The notes below the pieces were generated by a model. It was not told where the DNA came from. It did not search any database and worked only from the letters and a program-made list of their open reading frames with translations. A DNA stretch of 64,000 nt, taken from positions 1-64,000 of the forward strand of contig JAANOX010000276.1 in NCBI GenBank assembly GCA_020184695.1. Reading direction: 5' to 3'. Both the position numbers and the translations under genes were made by a program. This stretch comes from Histomonas meleagridis 2922-C6/04-290x (Eukaryota > Protista > Parabasalia). Below, in pieces: positions 1-12,253 of this stretch; the stretch's first letter is position 1; every line of letters begins with the position of its first letter.

Positions 1-3000
1 TGTCTCCGATTCAGTAGTTTTGATTGGAATATGTTCTGATGTTGTTTCTGATTCAGTTGTTATGATTGGAATATGTTCTGATGTTGTTTCTGATTCAGTT
101 GTTATGATTGGAATATGTTCTGAATCAGTTGTTGATTCAGTTGTTATGATTGGAATATGTTCTGAATCAGTTGTTGATTCAGTTGTTATGATTGGAATAT
201 GTTCTGAATCAGTTGTTGATTCAGTTGTTATGATTGGAATATGTTCTGAATCAGTTTCTGATTCAGTTGTTATGATTGGAATATGTTCTGATGTTGTTTC
301 TGATTCAGTTGTTATGATTGGAATATGTTCTGATGTTGTTTCTGATTCAGTTGTTATGATTGGAATATGTTCTGATGTTGTTTCTGATTCAGTTGTTATG
401 ATTGGAATATGTTCTGAATCAGTTGTTGATTCAGTTGTTATGATTGGAATATGTTCTGAATCAGTTGTTGATTCAGTTGTTATGATTGGAATATGTTCTG
501 GAATCAGTTGTTGATTCAGTTGTTATGATTGGAATATGTTCTGAATCAGTTGTTGATTCAGTTGTTATGATTGGAATATGTTCTGATGTTGTTTCTGATT
601 CAGTTGTTATGATTGGAATATGTTCTGAATCAGTTGTTGATTCAGTTGTTATGATTGGAATATGTTCTGATGTTGTTTCTGATTCAGTTGTTATGATTGG
701 AATATGTTCTGAATCAGTTGTTGATTCAGTTGTTATGATTGGAATATGTTCTGATGTTGTTTCTGATTCAGTTGTTATGATTGGAATATGTTCTGAATCA
801 GTTGTTGATTCAGTTGTTATGATTGGAATATGTTCTGATGTTGTTTCTGATTCAGTTGTTATGATTGGAATATGTTCTGATGTTGTTTCTGATTTCAGTT
901 GTTATGATTGGAATATGTTCTGAATCAGTTGTTGATTCAGTTGTTATGATTGGAATATGTTCTGAATCAGTTGTTGATTCAGTTGTTATGATTGGAATAT
1001 GTTCTGAATCAGTTGTTGATTCAGTTGTTATGATTGGAATATGTTCTGATGTTGTTTCTGATTCAGTTGTTATGATTGGAATATGTTCTGATGTTGTTTC
1101 TGATTCAGTTGTTATGATTGGAATATGTTCTGATGTTGTTTCTGATTCAGTTGTTATGATTGGAATATGTTCTGAATCAGTTGTTGATTCAGTTGTTATG
1201 ATTGGAATATGTTCTGAATCAGTTGTTGATTCAGTTGTTATGATTGGAATATGTTCTGAATCAGTTGTTGATTCAGTTGTTATGATTGGAATATGTTCTG
1301 ATGTTGTTTCTGATTCAGTTGTTATGATTGGAATATGTTCTGATGTTGTTTCTGATTCAGTTGTTATGATTGGAATATGTTCTGATGTTGTTTCTGATTC
1401 AGTTGTTATGATTGGAATATGTTCTGATGTTGTTTCTGATTCAGTTGTTATGATTGGAATATGTTCTGATGTTGTTTCTGATTCAGTTGTTATGATTGGA
1501 ATATGTTCTGATGTTGTTTCTGATTCAGTTGTTATGATTGGAATATGTTCTGAATCAGTTGTTGATTCAGTTGTTATGATTGGAATATGTTCTGAATCAG
1601 TTGTTGATTCAGTTGTTATGATTGGAATATGTTCTGAATCAGTTGTTGATTCAGTTGTTATGATTGGAATATGTTCTGATGTTGTTTCTGATTCAGTTGT
1701 TATGATTGGAATATGTTCTGATGTTGTTTCTGATTCAGTTGTTATGATTGGAATATGTTCTGATGTTGTTTCTGATTCAGTTGTTATGATTGGAATATGT
1801 TCTGAATCAGTTGTTGATTCAGTTGTTATGATTGGAATATGTTCTGAATCAGTTGTTGATTCAGTTGTTATGATTGGAATATGTTCTGAATCAGTTGTTG
1901 ATTCAGTTGTTATGATTGGAATATGTTCTGAATCAGTTGTTGATTCAGTTGTTATGATTGGAATATGTTCTGAATCAGTTGTTGATTCAGTTGTTATGAT
2001 TGGAATATGTTCTGATGTTGTTTCTGATTCAGTTGTTATGATTGGAATATGTTCTGATGTTGTTTCTGATTCAGTTGTTATGATTGGAATATGTTCTGAT
2101 GTTGTTTCTGATTCAGTTGTTATGATTGGAATATGTTCTGAATCAGTTTCTGATTCAGTTGTTATGATTGGAATATGTTCTGATGTTGTTTCTGATTCAG
2201 TTGTTATGATTGGAATATGTTCTGATGTTGTTTCTGATTCAGTTGTTATGATTGGAATATGTTCTGAATCAGTTGTTGATTCAGTTGTTATGATTGGAAT
2301 ATGTTCTGAATCAGTTGTTGATTCAGTTGTTATGATTGGAATATGTTCTGAATCAGTTGTTGATTCAGTTGTTATGATTGGAATATGTTCTGATGTTGTT
2401 TCTGATTCAGTTGTTATGATTGGAATATGTTCTGATGTTGTTTCTGATTCAGTTGTTATGATTGGAATATGTTCTGATGTTGTTTCTGATTCAGTTGTTA
2501 TGATTGGAATATGTTCTGAATCAGTTGTTGATTCAGTTGTTATGATTGGAATATGTTCTGAATCAGTTGTTGATTCAGTTGTTATGATTGGAATATGTTC
2601 TGAATCAGTTGTTGATTCAGTTGTTATGATTGGAATATGTTCTGATGTTGTTTCTGATTCAGTTGTTATGATTGGAATATGTTCTGAATCAGTTTTTGAT
2701 TCAGTTGTTATGATTGGAATATGTTCTGATGTTGTTTCTGATTCAGTTGTTATGATTGGAATATGTTCTGATGTTGTTTCTGATTCAGTTGTTATGATTG
2801 GAATATGTTCTGATGTTGTTTCTGATTCAGTTGTTATGATTGGAATATGTTCTGATGTTTCTGATTCAGTTGTTATGATTGGAATATGTTCTGTTGTTTC
2901 TGATTCAGTTGTTATGATTGGAATATGTTCTGATGTTTCTGATTCAGTTGTTATGATTGGAATATGTTCTGAATCAGTTGTTGATTCAGTTGTTATGATT

Positions 3001-3703
3001 GGAATATGTTCTGATGTTGTTTCTGATTCAGTTGTTATGATTGGAATATGTTCTGATGTTGTTTCTGATTCAGTTGTTATGATTGGAATATGTTCTGAAT
3101 CAGTTGTTGATTCAGTTGTTATGATTGGAATATGTTCTGAATCAGTTGTTGATTCAGTTGTTATGATTGGAATATGTTCTGATGTTGTTTCTGATTCAGT
3201 TGTTATGATTGGAATATGTTCTGATGTTGTTTCTGATTCAGTTGTTATGATTGGAATATGTTCTGAATCAGTTGTTGATTCAGTTGTTATGATTGGAATA
3301 TGTTCTGAATCAGTTGTTGATTCAGTTGTTATGATTGGAATATGTTCTGATGTTGTTTCTGATTCAGTTGTTATGATTGGAATATGTTCTGAATCAGTTG
3401 TTGATTCAGTTGTTATGATTGGAATATGTTCTGAATCAGTTGTTGATTCAGTTGTTATGATTGGAATATGTTCTGAATCAGTTGTTGATTCAGTTGTTAT
3501 GATTGGAATATGTTCTGAATCAGTTGTTGATTCAGTTGTTATGATTGGAATATGTTCTGAATCAGTTGTTGATTCAGTTGTTATGATTGGAATATGTTCT
3601 GATGTTGTTTCTGATTCAGTTGTTATGATTGGAATATGTTCTGAATCAGTTGTTGATTCAGTTGTTATGATTGGAATATGTTCTGATGTTTCTGATTCAG
3701 TAG
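1..3703 (-). repeat. Coding minisatellite of 42-bp units (TTESETTSEHIPII / TTESTTDSEHIPII), roughly 85-90 units
   Basis: Directly visible tandem repeat with two main unit types, plus a few 39-bp and hybrid variants. Confidence 0.97.
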
Positions 3704-5363
3704 AAATTAATTGACATTCTTCATTAATAATTATTCCCTTAATTACATTTAACGGTCCAAATGAATCATCCTTATAAAACTCTTTTGTCATCACAGTATT
3801 TACTTTTACATTTCTAAACGCATCAGTTCCGATTGATGGCATTGATTTACCATTAAACCAAATACATTTTAGGGAAACACAATTCATAAATACATAATTT
3901 CCTATTGTAATAACATTACTACCAATAATTACTGACTGCAATTTAGTACATTGATAAAACGCCATATTCATAATTGTACTTACATTATCTCCAATTACAA
4001 CTGATTCTAATTTGGAACAATATCTAAAAGCAGAATCACCAATAGTTACAATTGAATTCGGAATAGTAAATTCTGTTACAACTCCAGTTGGACAACCAAT
4101 AACTTTTGTAATATCTTTGTTATAAAGAATGCCATCATTTTCATAATTTGAATAATATTTGTTTTCTTTCATAACTTGTATCGATTCTTTAATGCCCAAA
4201 AATGCATAATCGCCAATTGTTGTAACTGTTTTTGGTATTATTATATTCTTTATTGAACACCCATGGAAAGCATATCTTCCGATTGTAACAACATTATCTC
4301 CAAGTGTAACAGACTCCAATTTAGAACAATAATAAAATGCATATTCACCAATTGTAATAACATTATTTGTAATAATTACTGATTCGATTGTAGTGCATCG
4401 ATAGAACGCCATGTTCTCAATGGTTTCAACTGAGTTGGGGGTAACAATTTCTTTTGCATATTCTGTTGGACAACAAATAACTTTCGTAATATCTTTGTTA
4501 TAAAGAATGCCATCATTTTCATAATTTGAATAATATTTGTTTTCTTTCATAACTTGTATCGATTCTTTAATGCCCAAAAATGCATAATCGCCAATTGTTG
4601 TAACTGTTTTTGGTATTATTATATTCTTTATTGAACACCCAGAAAATGCATATTTTCCGATTGTAACAACATTATCTCCAAGTGTAACTGTTTCTAAATT
4701 AGAAGATTTATAAAATGCATGATCACCAATTGTTTTAAGTTTTGATCCATTAATGTTTGCTGATTGCAATTTAATACAATACGAAAATGAATTTCTACCA
4801 ATTGTGCTGATGTTGTTACCAAATATAACTGATTTTAAATTTATACAGTGATAAAATGCAATTTCTCCGATGGTGACTAACGAAGGGCCGAGGTCAACTG
4901 TCGTTAGATTTGTCCAATCTTTGAAAGAGTTCTTTGGGATTTCCATTATTCCATTACCAATCAATATGTGTAAAGTAACATCTTTATAAACATCATTTGC
5001 GAAATCATTTGGTGACGTTATAGTAAGTGTTCCAGTCGTTACATCAAATGCTTCAAATGAGTTTGTGAAAAGCATTATAAAAACAAAAGGAACAAATGTT
5101 TTCAAACTAAAGTTTGAATTAGAATTATGATTTCCTTTAGCCAATAATGCGATTACAATGGAAAACATAACCATACAAAGAACAATCTTTGAATAACTTG
5201 CAAATATATTGGTAAATTGAAAATTGCAAAATCGATCAAAGTAAGAGTTCATTATGATTGATTTATATGTTGGCTTGCATTGCCCTTGTATCTGCATGCT
5301 TTGTGTCAATGGAGAAAAAAGGGCAATCACCAAAAAATTGGTTACCATAAAAAATAGTGGCAT
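1..5363 (-). CDS. BspA-like (LRR_5) surface protein with very long Thr/Ser/Glu-rich repeat stalk; 3' end runs off the window
   Basis: ATG at 5363 (the ORF track starts at a TTG, 5372). Hydrophobic N-terminus, many TpLRR/BspA repeats (e.g. VTIGDYAF, SIGTDAF), then a 14-aa repeat stalk. Two single-base insertions (about 894 and about 501) break the frame within the repeat and are probably sequence errors. Confidence 0.88.
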
Positions 5364-5400
5364 TTTTTTCAATAGAAACGTGTTAGGAAGTATAAAGTTC

Positions 5401-5443
5401 CCAATAATTGAGTTGACCGCCCAAACATGAACTCAATTATTGG
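5401..5443. repeat. Perfect 14-bp inverted repeat with 15-nt loop upstream of the BspA gene
   Basis: CCAATAATTGAGTT (5401-5414) and AACTCAATTATTGG (5430-5443). Confidence 0.85.
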
Positions 5444-7204
5444 TGGTTATTTTCTGAGACATGATTATTTGGCTAAGAGACCTTGAAAAAAATGACCATT
5501 GTTATTAATAATGAATAATTTTTTTTCGTATCGTCATAACTTTTTGTATGTGTATATATTGAATTTTGTTCAACATTGCATTTCTGAGGATTTGAAATCA
5601 AATTTTCTGAGGCTTCCAGAAATGTTTGTGAAGGTAAGTTTGCCACAAATGGTCTATGACTTTTCGAAAAAATGCCTAAAACAATAAAGGCGTACTAGTT
5701 AGAGCGGACAACTTAAAAAATACACATTTACTCAACACCCACTTATCATAAGTTCTTCGTTAAGTATCACATATATTATTCATAATATATTATTAAAAAT
5801 TTGATAGACTTATAATATAAGGTTTGCGTTTTTTGCAATAGAATGGAGTAAAAGATTCTATATATTAAGATCATTTTTATATGTGTGTCTTGTTATAAAA
5901 TAACTCAATATTATTTATTCAGTTCTGAGCTAAAATGTAAATTTGCCTTATATGCACAATAAAACAATAAAATTCCAACAATACGGTGTTTTGAAGGCAT
6001 TTTTGCTTTGATGTATAATATCAAAACAATTTTTACAAATATTATTAGCAATAATATCTCTCATTATGAGAGCCTCATAATCATATTTCCAGACTTTACA
6101 TCATCAAAAGTGATTTCTTTCTAGAAAGGAAATTGAAGAGTAATCAGACACTTTGATTTCATCAAATGCAGTTACATAAAAATAACGTTTAACTCGAAAT
6201 AAATCAATTTCAGAATGAGAAATATTTTATTTCAAAGATGCTTGAAGATTTTTATGAGCGAGCATATTATTCATGAAGTTTCATTCACCAACCAGCATAA
6301 TTAATAAAACTTGATTCTACAAATCTTTCTCAATTTTATCACATAGAAGATAATTATAACCTTCTTATTTTGACGTGTGGGTTAATTTTATTTTGGTCAT
6401 ATTGATTGCAAAACATTACTTATTCCTAAGCAAGCCTTAGCAAACAAAGGATCTTTTCCTTTGAGAAAAACAGATAATGATGTTGTTAAGAAGTAACTTT
6501 TATAATGATAAATATCATTAAACACTTTAAGTTCTTGCTTGCTTGTGTTTAACTTTATTTCTATTGAAGAATGGTTATCGATATTTTCGGTTTCGTTGTC
6601 TTTCTTCCAAGAATTATTTTGGAATACATTCATTCTAAGATTCACGTATAAACGCTGTTTTTTATAAAGTTAGCATTTTTATTTAATGCTAATATTTGGT
6701 GAATTTTTTAACAAGGTTCATATTAAATTACCATTATTGTTACAAAATTATATGAAAATGGAAAATATGATGGTCTGCAGACAATTTCATTGTTTATTGA
6801 ACGAAATGATAAATTATAATTTCATTTTCCAAATTAATTTATATTCATTCATATAAATGGTATTTTCATGATAATGATTGATTTTTTTCATACATCGTGT
6901 GAAAATACTATTTTGCAAATAGTATACAATTTTTAATAATGCGTTGGGTTTTCTGATCAGTAAGTTCCGGAGAAGATTTTTTTGGCAACTAATTAAATAT
7001 GTCATATACCAAAATTAAAAGAAATCGATTTGAGTTTACTAATTAAAAGTATCTTTTCCATATGTTGACTCAATTTCGATCAAAATTACACATTATCGAC
7101 CATGAAACATCATAATAATTATCACAAACTTTTGAATTTATTGATAATATAAATTCTAATTAATAATCATTAAAAACAAAAGGAACGAAGTCATTTATTG
7201 TCTT

Positions 7205-8455
7205 TTACTCATCGACTGGAGCTGAGCTTAATTCGGATATAATCCAACCTCTCGAAGCGCATTCATTCTTTACGTTTTCGAATGCTGCGTTATTTGGTAC
7301 ATCAATAGTCATACTATAATGTTCCTTATTAGCATACACATCCACGTGTGGTAATGAAAGTGTTGACAATACACTTATATGGTTATTCACTAAAATTTCG
7401 CAAAAATTGGAATAATTTGCTGTACCATATGGCAATACTAATTGTATCATTCGACGTGTTTTCCTTAAGAATAAGGCTCTGTCAATACACCGTGAAAGCA
7501 TATTAAGTTCGATATTACCACCACTTAAAACACAGCAAACATTTTCGCTTTCTTCAAAGAAAAACTTTTTGGTGTAAACGGCCGCAAGTGATGTTGCGCC
7601 AGCGCCTTCGCAAACAAGCTTACAACGCTCTGCTAAAAGAGCAACAGCAAGTGCTACATCATCCTCAGATACTACAACTACATCGTCAACATAATGATAT
7701 ATAATATCAAGATTAAGATTTCCTGGACTTTTCACAGCAATACCATCGGCAAGTGGGGTCTTGGTTTCTTTGGCGATTTTGTTGGCAAATCGTTTCTTTT
7801 CTTTGTTGTAGAGCTCATAAGTGATTGGGCACGATGCCATTTGTACTCCAACAACACGAACTTTGGGATTAAGTTTCTTAATGGTATAAGCAATACCACT
7901 AATAAGGCCGCCACCTCCGATTGGAACAACAACGGTGTCAAGCTCTGGGCATTGTTCATGGATTTCAGCAGCAATAGTTCCTGTTCCAGCAATAATGTAT
8001 TTGTCGTTGTATGGTGGAACAAATACCCAATCAGGATTTTCCTTAAGTGCCTTCTCCATTTCAGTTTTGGCATCATCAAAGGTTTCACCAATTTGGATAA
8101 CTTGACCTCCATAGTGTTTAGTTGCATTGACTTTTGCCATTGGTGCATTCTCGGGCATATAGATGATGGATTTGCACTTGCAAAGGGTGGCAGCTAATGC
8201 AACGCCTTGAGAATGATTACCTGCACTTACAGCAACAACTGTTGTTCCTTCTTGAAGTGTCTTCATCTTGTTGAGTGCACCCCTAAATTTGAAGGCTTTG
8301 CACTTTTGGAGAGATTCGACCTTTAATGAAAGATTGCATCCACATAATTTAGCAAGATTATCTGGTCGCATTAAAGGAGTCAAAACTGCTTCATCTTTGA
8401 TCCTTTCTCTTGCTTCCCTGACATCTTCGAGCGTGATACACGAATGTTCACTCAT
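7205..8455 (-). CDS. ilvA: Threonine dehydratase/ammonia-lyase (PLP-dependent, short TdcB/IlvA type with C-terminal ACT-like region)
   Basis: KVESLQKCKAFKFRGA (PLP lysine), SAGNHSQG, PIGGGGLISG, EGAGA and LSGGN motifs. Confidence 0.93.
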   Translation of the reverse strand: MSEHSCITLEDVREARERIKDEAVLTPLMRPDNLAKLCGCNLSLKVESLQKCKAFKFRGALNKMKTLQEGTTVVAVSAGNHSQGVALAATLCKCKSIIYMPENAPMAKVNATKHYGGQVIQIGETFDDAKTEMEKALKENPDWVFVPPYNDKYIIAGTGTIAAEIHEQCPELDTVVVPIGGGGLISGIAYTIKKLNPKVRVVGVQMASCPITYELYNKEKKRFANKIAKETKTPLADGIAVKSPGNLNLDIIYHYVDDVVVVSEDDVALAVALLAERCKLVCEGAGATSLAAVYTKKFFFEESENVCCVLSGGNIELNMLSRCIDRALFLRKTRRMIQLVLPYGTANYSNFCEILVNNHISVLSTLSLPHVDVYANKEHYSMTIDVPNNAAFENVKNECASRGWIISELSSAPVDE

Positions 8456-8828
8456 ATTTTGGTGATCGTTTTCGATGTATTTGTCAGTTATTCATTGAAA
8501 ATTTGAAAGAAGAAGCTTTTAAATTTCATTGTTTTGGAGTGTTCACTTCACTTTTTGTTAAACGTTCGCCTCATTGACATTTTCTGATTTAAACGTTCTC
8601 CAAATTTGATGTATTTTATATAAAAGTTCACTTATAAGTTATTAATAAATAACGTAATAAATATTATTCCATTATTTAAAAAATAAGTATGAGAAATACT
8701 AATACTAAAATTAAAAATCATATAATGATTTATTCTCTAAGGATTATTAATGTAATGACATTTTATACCATTAAAATTATAATGTATATTTTTTCCTATC
8801 GTTTGAAAAAAGCGGGGTTTCAAAAGAA

Positions 8829-9797
8829 ATGGAGATATCCATCTCCGACTTTGAAATTCTCGATTCAGTTGGAGCAGGATCATTTTCTTCGGTTTCTCAT
8901 GCAGTGTACAAACCAAGTGGAAAACATGTTGCTTTAAAACGTCTTTTTTGGAATAATTCTCCACAAAGGATTGTCAAGGAAATCAAATGGTTGCGAAATT
9001 TACATCACCCAAACATAACGAAAATTCTTGGAATATTTCGTGATAAAGATCAAGTCACAATTATATTTGATTATTTTGATCATAAACCTTTTAGAACCTT
9101 ACTATTCATGTTGAACAATAACTTAATCAAAGGTTACATGCGGAGTTTGTTACATGCACTTGTTTACATTCATAAGTTAAAAATAATTCATCGAGATGTC
9201 AAGCCTGCTAATTTTTTATTTAACCCAGAAAAAAGAACAGGGTGCTTAATTGATTTTGGCCTTTGTGAAGACGATCTTCATATTGAAACTTCAAGCAAAA
9301 ACAAAAATTATATTTGTGATACAAATGATCTTGATCTTAAGTTTCCGAAAAGATTTCAAAACAGACCTCGAATGATTGCAAACAGAGCTGGGACTCGAGG
9401 ATTCCGTGCACCTGAAGTTCTTCTTTCTGCATGGAATCAAAGTAGTGCAATTGATATTTGGAGCACTGGTGTTATACTTCTTTCAATCGTTTCAAGAAGA
9501 TATCCATTCTTTCGAGCTCCAGATGATTTAACTGCTCTTTGTGAGATAGCCAAAATTTTTGGCACAAAGAAAATTTATGAAACAGCAATTGAATGCAGAC
9601 GAAAAGTAATTTTCCCAAATGAAGCTGAACCTCTGGATCTTAAGGAACTTTGTTTTGCTTTAAATCCTTCCATTGAGGAAATGGAACTTGAAGACAGTAT
9701 ATTTGATTTGCTGGAAAAATTGTTAGAACCAATACCCAGCAAAAGAATTACGGCTGAAGATGCGTTACAACATCCTTTTTTACAAGAAAATTTATAA
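8829..9797 (+). CDS. CDC7: Cdc7-like Ser/Thr protein kinase
   Basis: GAGSFSSV, VALK, IIHRDVKPANFL, LIDFGL, and the Cdc7-typical NRAGTRGFRAPEVL. Confidence 0.8.
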   Translation: MEISISDFEILDSVGAGSFSSVSHAVYKPSGKHVALKRLFWNNSPQRIVKEIKWLRNLHHPNITKILGIFRDKDQVTIIFDYFDHKPFRTLLFMLNNNLIKGYMRSLLHALVYIHKLKIIHRDVKPANFLFNPEKRTGCLIDFGLCEDDLHIETSSKNKNYICDTNDLDLKFPKRFQNRPRMIANRAGTRGFRAPEVLLSAWNQSSAIDIWSTGVILLSIVSRRYPFFRAPDDLTALCEIAKIFGTKKIYETAIECRRKVIFPNEAEPLDLKELCFALNPSIEEMELEDSIFDLLEKLLEPIPSKRITAEDALQHPFLQENL

Positions 9798-10204
9798 ATA
9801 TATATGTTTAAATTATAATCTAATTTTTCTTACTGTTTCTATGTGTTACTGATCAGTAATTTTCACTATACTTTTTACATGATTCTAAAAATTTCATGGT
9901 TATAATTTTTTGTTGAAAACATTTGTTGATTATTTTTGAGTAAACATATTTAACATCGTTTTATGATGGAAGTCTTTTATTTTAACATGTTTTTTTTTTT
10001 TTTTTAATTCTTACTTTCTTCTATTCAGGCAAAATTAATATAATTTTATTTTGTGTTCTAATAAAATTAGGAGAAGTAAATCATTTGGTTTATGATATGA
10101 ATATAACATTCTTCTAATTATTTATATCTAAACTTATGAAAATATTTTTATTATATGTTATTTAGACGAACAAACATATCAAAATTTCTCTAAAAAAACA
10201 TTTT

Positions 10205-12253
10205 TTATTGAATGAAAAAATTCTTTAAATTACTATCATTAAACTCTATTGAACAGATTGGGCATTTCTTTCCTGTTTCCTTATTTAACAAACATTCTCT
10301 ACACAATGCATGACCACAACAATTAAGGATTGTATCTCTTTTTCTACATTTACAAATTGGGCATAAAATCAATTTTTTAAAATTCTCGATTTTCTCGATA
10401 TCATTTTGATTCATATTATCATAATGCATATTATCTATTTTTAACATTTCCAATTTTTTTTCTATTTTATCTTTATCATCCAACGCTTCGTCCAATTCCA
10501 TTTTAGCTTTACCAATTTCGGCGCATAATCTATAGTTATAAGCAGATAACTCTTCGATTTCTTTTCTTTTTTGTATAGTTTTCGATTCTATTTCGTCGAT
10601 TTTTTTAAATTTTTCTAATTCCGCAATTAAATTTTTCTGTTTTTTTATTGTGTCGAAAAATGAATCACTAATTCCATCAATTATATTACATATGTTTTCA
10701 AGTTCAGACATGTTTAATGTATTTAAAAGTTCTTTTATTAAATCTTCGTATTGTTGGATTTGATCAATTTCTTTTTTATTTAAAAATATTTCTTCGTCAG
10801 CTTTATAATGATCGATTATAAGTTTTAATATTTCGGAATCTTTTTGGTTTATTTGTGTGATTAAATTATTTTGTTCAAATGAAAGTTCTGCTAAATGATT
10901 ACGTAAAGAAATTATTTGTTGAAGAAGTTTTAGTTCTGTTTCTTTATCGGATTCATTAATATATTTTTGTTGTAATTGTTGATATATGTTTTCATTAGTT
11001 AATGGTTCTATTGTTGGAAGTGGTTCTAATGGAAATATTCGATTAATGAATGGTTGAATTTGTGTTTTGATTTCATTTGTTTGTTGTTTCTTTTCTTCAT
11101 TAATTTGCCTTATAACTTGAGTTTGAGTTTCAAGTTCATTAATACATTTCTTTAAAGTTTCAATGGTTTGGGTCAAAAAAAAATAAAGTTTATTTAATGA
11201 TTCGTAACAAATTGGAATTAATTCTTGTTGTGATTGAAGCGCTTTATATGAAATATGGAAAAATTGACACGAATTTCGAACACTCGTAAAAAAAGGTGAC
11301 GAGTGAAGATCATTGGGATCACAATATGTATAATCGATTTGATTTATAGGGACCATTTGTTTTTTCATGGATTTGATAGATTCATGAGTTTGGGCAAGTG
11401 TTGATAAACGACGTGAAATTGTATGAATAAGCTGGCCGAGTTCAGATATATCATTGTTAGCATCTTCTGGAAGATTTAGTTCGGAATTGAGCCAATTTGC
11501 AAACGATTCTGGAAGAGTAGAAAATTCTTCACAGTTGAGGATAAAGGATTCGGAATTATTGGCTGGCGGTTGTGAAATGGTTAGGATTTTTTTCCGGTCT
11601 ATTTCTTTCTCGAGATTAATTTTTTGCGATTTAAGATAAAGAATAAATTCTGATGTACGTTTTGGTATGTCTAGCGTCCTTATTTCACCTTGAAGTATTG
11701 TAGATGAACATTTGAGTATAAGATTTTGAAGGTATTTGATATGTTGAGTTGCAGATTCAAAGTCTTGAGGAGTACCTCTTGTTAGGTCATACTGATGGTG
11801 AATGCATTGATCTAAAAATGAATATATTTCATGGGGTTCTGTATTTCCAAACAAGTAATCACAAAAAATAAAATTAAAGCCAAGCATTTCTGTTGAAGTT
11901 AATAGAGAGTTCCATTCTTTCGTTATTATTTCGCATCGGGTTATGTTTTGCTGAATATTAAATTCCATATGTTTAATATTATTTTGTATTTTTTGGAATT
12001 TTGAAATTAAATTATCTGGTTCATCTGGTATTTCAATAATATTTGTAACTAGAGATTCTGTTGGCAATATGCCTTCAAAGGAGATATAAGAAGACATTGC
12101 CTGCAATTCAGGGGCACCCCATCTCCAAATGAATAAAAAATTTTTCATATAAGTTGATACTTTTTGCATAAAACTTGATAGGATCGAAACAAGATCTTTT
12201 TTTTTCTGTAGCAAAAAAAATTCATCAATAAGCTTTTGATCAAACTTACTCAT
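10205..12253 (-). CDS. Coiled-coil protein with C-terminal C3HC4 RING (Bre1-like E3 ligase architecture)
   Basis: 682-aa ORF with long coiled coils, ending in CPICKCRKRDTILNCCGHALCRECL...CPIC. Confidence 0.75.
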   Translation of the reverse strand: MSKFDQKLIDEFFLLQKKKDLVSILSSFMQKVSTYMKNFLFIWRWGAPELQAMSSYISFEGILPTESLVTNIIEIPDEPDNLISKFQKIQNNIKHMEFNIQQNITRCEIITKEWNSLLTSTEMLGFNFIFCDYLFGNTEPHEIYSFLDQCIHHQYDLTRGTPQDFESATQHIKYLQNLILKCSSTILQGEIRTLDIPKRTSEFILYLKSQKINLEKEIDRKKILTISQPPANNSESFILNCEEFSTLPESFANWLNSELNLPEDANNDISELGQLIHTISRRLSTLAQTHESIKSMKKQMVPINQIDYTYCDPNDLHSSPFFTSVRNSCQFFHISYKALQSQQELIPICYESLNKLYFFLTQTIETLKKCINELETQTQVIRQINEEKKQQTNEIKTQIQPFINRIFPLEPLPTIEPLTNENIYQQLQQKYINESDKETELKLLQQIISLRNHLAELSFEQNNLITQINQKDSEILKLIIDHYKADEEIFLNKKEIDQIQQYEDLIKELLNTLNMSELENICNIIDGISDSFFDTIKKQKNLIAELEKFKKIDEIESKTIQKRKEIEELSAYNYRLCAEIGKAKMELDEALDDKDKIEKKLEMLKIDNMHYDNMNQNDIEKIENFKKLILCPICKCRKRDTILNCCGHALCRECLLNKETGKKCPICSIEFNDSNLKNFFIQ

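Noticed and set aside
20-3714. Long plus-strand ORFs (20-514, 486-923, 865-3714)
   Set aside because: They are antisense shadows of the stop-poor 42-bp coding repeat. The minus strand carries the real LRR-containing gene.
5950-7005. Possible decayed gene (weak kinase-like fragments on the minus strand; ORFs 6397-6645 and 6814-7005)
   Set aside because: Multiple stops and no complete diagnostic motif; it cannot be supported.
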